Assembly: GCA_039589315.1 (NCBI GenBank)
Contig: JBDHHQ010000023.1
Coordinates: forward strand, 1-54,974
Direction of reading: 5' to 3'
Length of the DNA stretch: 54,974 nt
Source: Gemmatimonadota bacterium
GTDB taxonomy: Bacteria > Gemmatimonadota > Gemmatimonadetes > Longimicrobiales > Gaopeijiaceae
In this document: positions 46,722 to 54,974 of the stretch, one piece after another
How the letters are laid out: each line of letters opens with the position of its first letter
How positions within the stretch are numbered: the first letter of the stretch is position 1
Notes under the pieces: model-generated
Told to the model about the DNA's origin: nothing
Database searches by the model: none
Seen by the model: the letters and a program-made list of their open reading frames with translations, nothing else
Made by a program: the position numbers and the translations under genes

Positions 46722-48497
46722 CTAGAGACCCGAGGCGCCGGCCAGGACGGACCGGGGCGCTACCGCGGTCAAGGAGCCAACCACGACCGCGACTGCTCCC
46801 AGGCCAGCGAGCATGAGCATCGCCGTCACGGCCCCCGCCATCTGGATACCACCCTCCGGGACGGCACCGGCGACCTGGCTCGCCAACGCAAGGACGACGG
46901 AGCTGACCCAGAGTCCGGCGACAGCCCCGGCCAGGATCAGTCGGGCGCCCTCGGCCATGAGGAACTTCCGGACCGTCAGGGTATCCGCGCCGACGGCGAC
47001 TCTGAGCGCGATCTCCGGTCGCCGACGAGAAATGATGAACGCCATGATTCCGTGCACCCCGGCAAGGGAGAGCACCAGGGCCAAGACGCCCAGACCGAGC
47101 TGGAGCCGTCCCGCCCACCGGAGGGGCGCGGCGTGCCCGTTCAAGTACTCTGCGAGCGAGCCCGTGCCGGGCTCGTCGACGGGCTTCAGCCCCGCGCCGT
47201 CCGACAATGCGAGAGGTGTCGTTGGGGAAAAGACCTCCATCGAGGTCGGGGGATGCTGGAGCGCGGACACGAATACGGCCGGGCTCTCCGCTCGTCCGCC
47301 CAGCGCCTGACCGAGGGACGCCAGGTCGACGACGCCCACGACCTCGTACCAGGACCTCAGCCCGCGGCCGAGGCGTATGTGCCGACCAACCGCACTGCCG
47401 TCGTGGAACACCGCGCGAACCAGGGCTTGATTCACCACCGCGACGGGTGGCCCTCCAAGCTCATCGGCCGCCCTGAACTCACGGCCCTCCACCACCTCCA
47501 CGCCCATGAGCGCAAAGGTGTCCGGCGTCACGGCGTGGTGCCGAGCACGCGTGCCCTGGATTGGCACGTACATCGCACCGATGTAGCACTCCCCACACTC
47601 CGCCATCACCCGGTCCCGGACCCCGAGGCCGAGGAAGGCCCCGGGGGTGGCCGCCGCGAAGGGGGCCCGGTCCCGTCCGGGCTCCTCGAGAGCCTCTCCG
47701 AGGATCGCGGCGCGCCCAGCCGTTGCGTCCCCCTCGACGGAAACTGTCAGCACGGCCATGGCCTCCCCGGCCGTGGATTGCTGGCGCGGTGGCAACGCCG
47801 AGGCGACCAGTAGGCCAGAGGCCGTCAAGAGCCCGGCGGTGACCCCGAGCTGGATGAGGGGAAGCGTCCATCGAAGGCCCGTCGGATACCGAGGGAGCAC
47901 CGCCCCTCCCGACCCCATCGTCCCTCGCAGGTCTCTACCGACCGCAACCAATGGAACCAGGGCCACGGCGCAAAGAGTGACGACCAAAACCGTAGCGCTG
48001 GTGGTTATCCCGACGCCCGCCCCTGCCGCCTCGAGGCTGGTGCCGTGCCCGGGCCACGTTCTCCGAGCCAGCACACTCAGGGCGATGCCTCCGGTGGCGC
48101 CCGTCATCAGCGCCGACCCCATGCCACGAAGCTGGCGGGAGACGCCCCACGCTGCGAGCCGCCGGGGCGACGCTCCCAGCGCAGCGCGCGTCGCAGCCTC
48201 GCCGATCCGGTCGGAGGATTGCGCCAGCGTGAAGACGACCACCGTGAGAACGCATACGGCTGCGGCAGCAGCGGCCAGGAGTCGCGTCATCGACAGAAGC
48301 GCTGCGAGGGCTTCGGTCTGGGCTACGTGCGACGCCTCCGCCGTGGGGCTCCAATCGATGTCGATGCCGCCATCCACGAACACCGGCGCCTGGAGCCCGG
48401 ACAATGATGCCAGGAGAGTGCCGAGACCCACGGCGACGGCGACGGCGATCCAGATGATGCCACGCGCCCAATCTGTCGACTTGGATGATCGGCTCAC
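46722..48497 (-). CDS. Divergent FtsX/MacB-like ABC permease
   Basis: RAALGASP, VEGREF, VAVVNQAL, VVGVV, RRPEIALRVAVGA; multiple TM helices. Confidence 0.8.
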   Translation of the reverse strand: MSRSSKSTDWARGIIWIAVAVAVGLGTLLASLSGLQAPVFVDGGIDIDWSPTAEASHVAQTEALAALLSMTRLLAAAAAAVCVLTVVVFTLAQSSDRIGEAATRAALGASPRRLAAWGVSRQLRGMGSALMTGATGGIALSVLARRTWPGHGTSLEAAGAGVGITTSATVLVVTLCAVALVPLVAVGRDLRGTMGSGGAVLPRYPTGLRWTLPLIQLGVTAGLLTASGLLVASALPPRQQSTAGEAMAVLTVSVEGDATAGRAAILGEALEEPGRDRAPFAAATPGAFLGLGVRDRVMAECGECYIGAMYVPIQGTRARHHAVTPDTFALMGVEVVEGREFRAADELGGPPVAVVNQALVRAVFHDGSAVGRHIRLGRGLRSWYEVVGVVDLASLGQALGGRAESPAVFVSALQHPPTSMEVFSPTTPLALSDGAGLKPVDEPGTGSLAEYLNGHAAPLRWAGRLQLGLGVLALVLSLAGVHGIMAFIISRRRPEIALRVAVGADTLTVRKFLMAEGARLILAGAVAGLWVSSVVLALASQVAGAVPEGGIQMAGAVTAMLMLAGLGAVAVVVGSLTAVAPRSVLAGASGL

Positions 48498-48522
48498 CGT
48501 AGGGCTCCCGTCGTGGGGACGA

Positions 48523-49326
48523 TCAGGGCTTGCGCCCGGTCACGATGTGGGCCGGCGAGTCGAACACGACGTGACCTTCCGGCCTGACGAACGCGGCCAA
48601 AGCGCTTTCGGCCTCGGCCAGGATGTCTTCGATCTTCTCCTCGGGCAGCTCGACCCCCATCACCGGCAACCAGCCGCGCAGGTCGGCTTCGACCATGGTA
48701 CGAATGCTCGGGAATCGGGCCGTCGTCGTGCCGCTGATGATCTCCGCTGAGGTGACCCCGGCGCCCTTGAACAAGGACAGGAGCTCCTGCCGATCACCAA
48801 GCACGAACGGAGCGCGCAGTGCGTCGGCTGCCCGTGGTCCTGAGAGACGTTCGAGCAATTCGACCTCGACAGCGTAGGCCGGCGAGTTGGCCAGAGAGTC
48901 CCACACCGCTACTCCCAGCGCGCCTCCTGGGACCAGGACGCGGAGCATCTCGGCGACCGCCCCCATTCGGTCGGTGAAGAACATCAGTCCGAACTGGCTC
49001 ACAACTGCGTCGAACGAGGCGTCGGGAAACGGCAGCGCCTCCGCGACACCGTGTCGCCACTGCACCGTGCCGTTGAGTCGCTCGGCCACCGCCAGCATGC
49101 CCGGATTCGGATCGACTCCGGCGACGGTTCCGTGCGGGCCGACACGTTCTGCAGCCGCACGAGCGAGCACCCCCGTGCCGCAGGCCACGTCCAGCACCCT
49201 TTGTCCGGAGGACGCATTTGCTGCGTCCAACACGGGCTCGACCCACGCCTCGAAGAGCGCAGGGACGTGGAGCTCCTCGTACGCCGCTGCGGCGGCGATC
49301 TGGTCGTTCAGATTGGATTCCGTCAT
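48523..49326 (-). CDS. Class I SAM-dependent methyltransferase (UbiE-like)
   Basis: VLDVACGTG, GVDPNPGML, AEALPFPDASFD.V.SQFGLMFF, RVLVPGG. Confidence 0.92.
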   Translation of the reverse strand: MTESNLNDQIAAAAAYEELHVPALFEAWVEPVLDAANASSGQRVLDVACGTGVLARAAAERVGPHGTVAGVDPNPGMLAVAERLNGTVQWRHGVAEALPFPDASFDAVVSQFGLMFFTDRMGAVAEMLRVLVPGGALGVAVWDSLANSPAYAVEVELLERLSGPRAADALRAPFVLGDRQELLSLFKGAGVTSAEIISGTTTARFPSIRTMVEADLRGWLPVMGVELPEEKIEDILAEAESALAAFVRPEGHVVFDSPAHIVTGRKP

Positions 49327-49387
49327 GAGAACGCCTCCCGCGTAGTCTGTCTTCTTCTGCGCGCTCGAGCTTGCGGCGCGTCCTGGG

Positions 49388-49858
49388 TCACGAGCCCTTG
49401 GCCTTCCGTGCGATTCCGGCACCCACGACGATCGCGAGGATGGCCACAACGTAGTTTGTCACGACGAACCACGGCTGCGGACGGCCGTCCAACAACTCGG
49501 CGAACGGCATGTCCGCCGGGACGGGTCCGAACAGCCTCTCCACGAACGCCAAGCCCGACGCCGTGGGCCCGATCAGCATTTCGGTCAACACGACGATCAG
49601 CGCCAGGCCGACCAGAATCGCGACCAGCACGGCCACTGACCTCTGATCCTGACCTACGCGACGGCATACCCAGCCTCCCACCAAACCGCCAACGACGGAC
49701 ATGAGCAGCAACACCATCATCCAAGACGTCGTGAGCCCGCCAGAGTCCGGCTTGAAGGGAGGTTCGCCGAGGATGGTCCACATCAGCAGGGCGCCGATCG
49801 CGTACAACATGACGAACACGACGTATCCCAGCAGTCCGGCCGCGATCGTCCTAGGCAT
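49388..49858 (-). CDS. Membrane protein (about four TM helices)
   Basis: Hydrophobic segments; GGGAGG RBS. Confidence 0.7.
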   Translation of the reverse strand: MPRTIAAGLLGYVVFVMLYAIGALLMWTILGEPPFKPDSGGLTTSWMMVLLLMSVVGGLVGGWVCRRVGQDQRSVAVLVAILVGLALIVVLTEMLIGPTASGLAFVERLFGPVPADMPFAELLDGRPQPWFVVTNYVVAILAIVVGAGIARKAKGS

Positions 49859-50067
49859 CTGGATACCGAACCTCCCACCGTCCAGGTCGGATCAAGGGCC
49901 TACCGGATACCTGCCGGAGTGCCAGATTCCGTCGGCGACGATCGAGCGTAGATACTCAGTCGTCCTGCGGAAGTTACGGCGACAGAGAACGCGGCCATCG
50001 ATCTCTGCATGCGAACACGCGACCCCCGACCGAAACCGATCGGCCAGAAGGCCTCCCCAGCCGCGCC

Positions 50068-50913
50068 TCAGACCGGTCCGACCACAAGCGGGTTGGCCGG
50101 GTCGGCCGCCCACTCCTGAAGCGACGCGGTGTAGACGGCGACGTCGGTGTAGCCGAGTCGGGTCAGAACCAACGCGGTGGCGGATGCAGCGATCCCGCCG
50201 CCGCAGTACGTGATCGTGCGGGCATCGTGGTCGCCCTCGAACATGCCGGCCAGTTCGTCGAGCGGCCGGAAGCGACCCGATTCGTCGAACAGGTCGAGGA
50301 CGGAGGCGTTCGACGCGCCGGGGATATGGCCGGCCCGAGCATACATCGTCTGCTCGCCCCGGAAATGGTCCTCGGGCATGGCGTCGATCAGGCACACGGC
50401 GCCGTCGTCGCTAGCGGCGAGCACCTCGTCCCGGTCGGCGATCAGCTGCGGACGGGGGGCCGGAGTGAGCTGTTTCGCGGGTCGCGTCGCCGGCTCGGTC
50501 GAGAGCGGCCGACTCTCAGCGGCCCATACCTGCAGCCCACCGTCGAGAACCGCCGCTCGGTCGAATCCAACCCAGCGGAGCATCCACCAGACTCGCGCCG
50601 CCCACGCCGACATGAATCCGTCGTACAGCACGACGCGGGAATCGTCGCCGACTCCCAACGCGCCCATAGCGGAGCAGAACTGCTTCGGAGTCGGCACGGC
50701 GAACTCGATCGGGCTGTCGCTTTCGGAGAGATCACCCATGAGATCCGCGAAGCCCGCCGTCGGGATGTGTCCGGCGTCGTATTCGGCGCGTCCGCTCACA
50801 TTCACAATGCCGCCGGCGTCGTCCGGCAGTGAGTAGACGCTGCAGTCGAGCACCACCAGATCCGGGTCGTCGAGCTGCCGGCTCAGCCAATCAGTTGTCA
50901 CGAGCTTGTCCAT
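50068..50913 (-). CDS. Two-domain rhodanese/3-mercaptopyruvate sulfurtransferase (SseA-like)
   Basis: LVTTDWL, GHIPTA, AARVWWML, LDGG, GHIPGA, YCGGGIAA, YTASLQEW. Confidence 0.93.
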   Translation of the reverse strand: MDKLVTTDWLSRQLDDPDLVVLDCSVYSLPDDAGGIVNVSGRAEYDAGHIPTAGFADLMGDLSESDSPIEFAVPTPKQFCSAMGALGVGDDSRVVLYDGFMSAWAARVWWMLRWVGFDRAAVLDGGLQVWAAESRPLSTEPATRPAKQLTPAPRPQLIADRDEVLAASDDGAVCLIDAMPEDHFRGEQTMYARAGHIPGASNASVLDLFDESGRFRPLDELAGMFEGDHDARTITYCGGGIAASATALVLTRLGYTDVAVYTASLQEWAADPANPLVVGPV

Positions 50914-51291
50914 ATCCCCTCCATCCTTTGTCGGCGCAGGACTACCGGCCCTGCTCTTCCGCCCCGCCTTGCCCGGATGGGTCAGCTATGAGGGACCCGG
51001 GCCCGCGCGCTGCGGGAGAGGTGGGTCGGCACGGTCCCTTAATCTGTGTCCGGGATGCGCGCGGATCTGTCAGGCTCTGCCTGACATTGGCGAGGGGAGT
51101 CGCCCGGGGCGGGTCGAAGGCGGAGAACGTCTCGGAGATGTGGGATCGACTCTCGCAGAAGCCCGGCGGCTGCTGGGGCGACGCAATCAGTAGACCTTCG
51201 GCTGGTATCCGACGGGCTGCCGCGTAGAACCCAGGAAACCGTTCGAGGATTAGCCCGTATCCCGCCGCAAGCTGCGATCAGCTCTACCTGT

Positions 51292-51552
51292 TCAGAGCTC
51301 TCCAAGTTGGTGCAAGACGTAGGAAGCCGCGCGTTCCGACCAATCACCCTCGCCAGGAGAAGACTCTAGCCAGTAAGACAATTCCGTCGATGAAGTGAAG
51401 TCGCCCAGCCGCCCTAATACGTATGCGGCATACCAACCCGGCCACTGAGGATCTCGTACTCCGCGGAGGAACCGACTCTCGTAGTCGTGGTGGGCCTTGC
51501 CGGCCGCACGGAGGGCTTCCTTGAGGTCTTCGTGGCGCGGAGCTGGATTCAC
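51292..51552 (-). CDS. Hypothetical protein
   Basis: AHHDYE...D.QWPGWYAAY; protein-like composition, co-oriented. Confidence 0.65.
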   Translation of the reverse strand: MNPAPRHEDLKEALRAAGKAHHDYESRFLRGVRDPQWPGWYAAYVLGRLGDFTSSTELSYWLESSPGEGDWSERAASYVLHQLGEL

Positions 51553-51759
51553 CGGTATTCCCGCCGTTTGATGTCAACTCAGGTACATCCCGGGCTGATC
51601 GTTTACAGGTCTCCCCGTAGCCTAGGGACTTCCCTGACCGGGAGGGCTACGAGTGGCTCCAGCCGTATGAGGGTGGAGGCTTCGATGGTGCAGGCTCCAC
51701 CACGTGCTCGAGAAAGACCCCGACGTCGAATCTCCGCCCCGGCCGGTCCCGCCAACCCA

Positions 51760-52251
51760 TCAGGAGCGATACGCCTTCCTCCTCGGCCACCAGCGGGGCA
51801 CCGCATCGCAATAGGCCGCGTATTCGTCGCTGAACATCCGACGCAGGGTCGGCTCTTCGTACAACACCACGAACACATGGACGATCAAGAAGAACACACT
51901 CGCGAACCCAGCCAACTGCCAGCTCTCGTAGAAAGCTGCTGCCCCTGCAAGGGCAGAGCCAACACCGATGGCCATCGGGTTTCTAACAAACCGATACGGC
52001 CCTCGTACCACCAAACGGCGGGGAGGATCGAAGGGAGCGGGAGTACCCTGGCCCACCACCGCAAACGCAACAACACACCACAGGGCTAGACTCAACCCGA
52101 GGACCGACACCATGACACCCAAGACCTGCAGCAACTCAGTCTCGGGTGGACGAGTGAGACCGGCCCACTCGAGGATCTGACCCGGAAGAAAGAACAGCAC
52201 CAGCGCCACGAATAGTGACGCGTACGTCAGGGCCCGAACCAGTGGAAACAC
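51760..52251 (-). CDS. Isoprenylcysteine carboxyl methyltransferase/PEMT-like membrane protein
   Basis: GQGTPAPFDPPRRLVVRGPYRFVRNPM, EEPTL..MF..EY..YC..VPRW. Confidence 0.9.
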   Translation of the reverse strand: MFPLVRALTYASLFVALVLFFLPGQILEWAGLTRPPETELLQVLGVMVSVLGLSLALWCVVAFAVVGQGTPAPFDPPRRLVVRGPYRFVRNPMAIGVGSALAGAAAFYESWQLAGFASVFFLIVHVFVVLYEEPTLRRMFSDEYAAYCDAVPRWWPRRKAYRS

Positions 52252-52353
52252 TGCAGTGCTCCTGCTGTGGCGCCGGGCCCGTGGCCATGCCGATGAAGAA
52301 GAAACGGTACCCAAGACCGATCTGCTCTTCGCATGGCTGCTAACGCCACCTGG

Positions 52354-52641
52354 CTAGTCCCTGAGAGGGAAGAGAGCCTCCCCGACCTCGATACCGGGTG
52401 GCTCAGCGACGCGATAGGCTTCCGGGATCGACTTGGCGAGATCTGACTCCCGGAAGGCAGCCAGTGATTCCGGGGAGTCCCACAGGTAGACGCCGGCGAA
52501 CTCGCCGGGACCTTCACGGCGCACGTAGTACTTCTGAACGAGACCCGGGATCGCCCGAAACTGCGGAGCTCGATCATGTGCAATCTCGAGAAGCTCTTCC
52601 TCTGAGAGGTCCGTCCGTAGCTTCACGATCTGTAGAATCAT
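52354..52641 (-). CDS. YdhR/antibiotic-biosynthesis-monooxygenase-like protein
   Basis: F.AIPGLVQKYY, GVYLWDS.E...AFR.S.L. Confidence 0.8.
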   Translation of the reverse strand: MILQIVKLRTDLSEEELLEIAHDRAPQFRAIPGLVQKYYVRREGPGEFAGVYLWDSPESLAAFRESDLAKSIPEAYRVAEPPGIEVGEALFPLRD

Positions 52642-52671
52642 CCCCGTTCCCTTCCGTGGTTTCTGCATTAC

Positions 52672-52837
52672 TCATGACGCGCTCCAAGCTGGAAGCGTCG
52701 CGCCAGCGCTCCATGGCGCCACCTCTGCATCGTCCCACCTGATGCTTGCCACGAAAGCCGCCACCGAGCGCTTCCGGCGCGATGTGCCGCAGCCCCGACG
52801 AGCTCATAGGCGACGAGGCGCCAACCATGCGTTATTC
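52672..52837 (-). repeat. Degenerate attC-like intergenic palindrome (copy 1)
   Basis: Minus strand GAATAACGC...GCGTCATGA ends, inner CGTCGC/GCGACG pair; motif shared with 54007 and 54667. Confidence 0.45.
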
Positions 52838-52871
52838 GCGACGCCCCGGTCGGACCCTTCCACACGAGCCC

Positions 52872-53357
52872 TCAGCCACCGGGCGGTGGCATCTCGTTCC
52901 ACATGTCAACGACGTTCCTCCAATTGCCATCGACGTCCTTCCGCCACACGGTGATTACCTTCCCGTGCGTTCGGACAGGATTCCCCTCTGGGTCATGGAC
53001 GGTGATCACGTTGCGCTCGATCATGTACGCCATGTCGCCGCTTGCCGCCACCTGAACCGCCAACGGCTCCCAGCTGATCGCAAAGCCTGGAATCTCCGCT
53101 GCACCCTCTACATAGGACCGTATGGCGGCCTTCCCCTCGAGAGGGGGAATACCCGGTGGCATCATCACGGCGTCATCTGCCCACCCAGCCATGATGGCTT
53201 CCATGTCCCCGGTCGCGACCAGGTCTGACCACTCCCGGCTGAGTTGCATGAGGGCCTGGCCCTCTGCCTCCAGATCCACCGTGTCGACCGAGGGCTGCTC
53301 ACACGCTCCAAGGATAGCCACTACCACTATCGTCGACAGAGCCAAGTGACGAGACAT
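52872..53357 (-). CDS. NTF2-like (DUF4440/SnoaL_3) lipoprotein
   Basis: Lipobox LGAC; WADDAVMMPPG, GKAAIR, SGDMAY, GK.ITVWRK..DG.WR...DMWN. Confidence 0.88.
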   Translation of the reverse strand: MSRHLALSTIVVVAILGACEQPSVDTVDLEAEGQALMQLSREWSDLVATGDMEAIMAGWADDAVMMPPGIPPLEGKAAIRSYVEGAAEIPGFAISWEPLAVQVAASGDMAYMIERNVITVHDPEGNPVRTHGKVITVWRKDVDGNWRNVVDMWNEMPPPGG

Positions 53358-53551
53358 AGCGTGCTCCATAGGGGGGGCTGTTCGGGCCAACTCGAACGGG
53401 AGCATGGCCGCTCGAGCTTCAGCAACCCGAAGACGGCGGCCTGTCGTCTCTGTTCGTCGAGCCCTTGTCTTCGCCAGACCACAACACTGTTAAGGTTGGC
53501 CACGAAGGCCGCTCCGAGTACTGGTGGGCCCCGCCAAACGGTCCGCTCAGG

Positions 53552-53926
53552 TTACCAGAGCGAGTTAAGGATCGGTGCGGCAGCGGCACCGCTCACACTG
53601 CATTGTCCCATCCACTCGAGCACAGCGGGAAAGTCCGCCCAGCTCGCTTCCGCTTGCTGGAAGTGATCGGCGACGCCAGCGGCGGTCTCGTAGACCTCGG
53701 TCAGGACGTAGACCACGTTCCCGGTCGGATCGGAGTTCGCATCCATCGGATTCGAAAGCTCCGGTGCCTTCGAGACGGTGTAGGACAAGAGAGCTTTGTC
53801 CCCATCCCGATGGTGGGTCGAGGCCATCCAGGGCTCATGGCTTCGGAAGAGGCGATCACCTTCCTCCTCGAGGTGGGCTGGAGCGACGATGACGAAGGTG
53901 AGCTGGATCTTGCCGTGGTGAGCCAT
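53552..53926 (-). CDS. Hypothetical protein (dimeric alpha/beta-barrel-like)
   Basis: GGAGG RBS; FRSHEPWM..TH, LTEVYET..GVADH. Confidence 0.7.
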   Translation of the reverse strand: MAHHGKIQLTFVIVAPAHLEEEGDRLFRSHEPWMASTHHRDGDKALLSYTVSKAPELSNPMDANSDPTGNVVYVLTEVYETAAGVADHFQQAEASWADFPAVLEWMGQCSVSGAAAAPILNSLW

Positions 53927-54006
53927 TCTGCGATTCCTCCTATCTGGAGACTCATAACCTACCAGCCTCAGGTGCAGGGCCATCATAGCTCTAGACCCGT
54001 CATCGC

Positions 54007-54056
54007 GCTTGACGCCTTCATATCAGCGACGTCGCGCCAGCAGCCGAGGCGCCACT
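54007..54056 (-). repeat. Degenerate attC-like repeat (copy 2, one arm only)
   Basis: Plus strand TGACGC-N14-CGTCGCG...GGCGCCAC. Confidence 0.4.
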
Positions 54057-54148
54057 CCTGGCGGGAGACCGTCAGGACAAACACGAAACCACGCCTCGGT
54101 TGCGAGAGCCCACCGATACTCGCACTCCGAGGCTGCGCTTCGCGCCAA

Positions 54149-54565
54149 CTACGCCCACCCTAGCTGCTGCAAGCTGATCGTATCGTTCCAGATCTTGGTC
54201 ATATGACGAATTCGATCACCATCGAAGTCCATGACGTAGACATATTCAGCAGCCACGCTCTTCCCAGTCGGTGGCACCGGCCCGCCTTCGCCCGTGTGGG
54301 TACCGTGGAGCACAGCAAAGGCGGTCACGTTCTGCCTCCCCTCATCCACCGCGAAGGAGCGCAGCTCATACCGTCCGTCCGGCACCGGAGTCAGAAGCCC
54401 CTTCATCCACTCGGTGTAGGACTGCAGTGTGTCCACGTCGGCAAGGGCTCCGGCCTGGGCAGAGAAAGTAGCCCCGGGGTGGCAGAACGACTGGCAAACC
54501 TCCCAGCCTTTGCCGGTGTCGCAGGCATCGAAGAACTGCTCGGCTTGCTCCTTGATCGAACTCAT
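54149..54565 (-). CDS. SnoaL-like ester cyclase family protein
   Basis: FFDACDTGKGW, GTHTGEGGPVPPTGK, YVYVM.FDG.RI.HMTKIWND. Confidence 0.88.
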   Translation of the reverse strand: MSSIKEQAEQFFDACDTGKGWEVCQSFCHPGATFSAQAGALADVDTLQSYTEWMKGLLTPVPDGRYELRSFAVDEGRQNVTAFAVLHGTHTGEGGPVPPTGKSVAAEYVYVMDFDGDRIRHMTKIWNDTISLQQLGWA

Positions 54566-54666
54566 CACTTCTTCCTTTCGCTTGTGCCACGCTGTCGGAT
54601 CAGGACCAACCTAGCCGGTTGTGCTTACTAACGCCCCTCGAACACGTACACGAAACCCGGCATTGC

Positions 54667-54778
54667 AGATAACGCGCACCAAACTGACGACGTCGCGGTA
54701 GGTCGAGCCCAAGGCGCCACCACTCCCACACCGCTTACCCGGTCAGCAGCAATCCCTTGATAGGCGGCGGCGTCATCT
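54667..54778 (-). repeat. Degenerate attC-like intergenic palindrome (copy 3)
   Basis: Minus strand AGATGACGC...GCGTTATCT ends (GTT core intact), 30 bp after a stop codon. Confidence 0.45.
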
Positions 54779-54808
54779 CGATTGGACTGGGGACCCGCGG
54801 ATACGAAA

Positions 54809-54973
54809 CTACGACACCTCGCCGAACGCAGCGATTTCTTCGACGTATGCCGAATCGAAGTGCAGCGCCTCAACCAACTGTGATAGCTCGGTCGCGTACG
54901 CGGGATTCGCCCCGGCTAGGCCCAACTCGCGCGGCAGGTTGTAGCAGTACGCCTCGACAGCTTCGCTTGTGTC
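54809..54973 (-). CDS. 3' end of a gene running off the window (possibly gamma-glutamylcyclotransferase-like)
   Basis: Open frame DTSEAVEAYCYNLPRELGLAGANPAYATELSQLVEALHFDSAYVEEIAAFGEVS*; not listed in the ORF track. Confidence 0.55.
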   Translation of the reverse strand, partial: DTSEAVEAYCYNLPRELGLAGANPAYATELSQLVEALHFDSAYVEEIAAFGEVS

Positions 54974-54974
54974 C

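Noticed and set aside
51616..51651. CGTAGCC...GGCTACG hairpin resembling a GTAG-type REP element
   Set aside because: Single copy in the window and no RAYT or transposase; not enough for a call

Overview
GC-rich bacterial chromosomal region. The PadR plus duplicated ABC-permease (ADOP-type) pair, the membrane-anchored TPR protein, DUF2911 and the LytS/LytTR pair suggest a Gemmatimonadota/Acidobacteriota-like organism (inference only). I recognised no rRNA, tRNA, CRISPR array, transposase or integrase. From left to right: ggt; a divergent four-gene atypical chaperone-usher-like fimbrial locus with a sigma-54-type promoter; a long minus-strand run of stress, detox and repair genes (GNAT, ArsC, nitrilase, MOSC, AlkD-like, FMO, PanE-like, ECF sigma, anti-sigma/Ogt fusion, DUF190, crcB, MerB-like lyase); S1/P1 nuclease; a coupled SIR2-like/TIR + nSTAND1-TM-WD40 pair; LytS/LytTR facing a dihaem cytochrome c; decayed genes; PadR-ADOP; and a right-hand run of short co-oriented genes separated by degenerate attC-like repeats. 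The best leads are: (1) a MerB-like lyase whose catalytic Cys codon is an in-frame TGA followed by a SECIS-like hairpin (probable selenoprotein); (2) an ECF sigma factor coupled to a zinc-anti-sigma/O6-alkylguanine alkyltransferase fusion (candidate Ada-independent alkylation-sensing switch); (3) the split SIR2-like/TIR + STAND-WD40 candidate immune system; (4) the non-canonical pilus locus. All family calls come from motif recognition by eye, not database searches, and many start codons are my best estimate.
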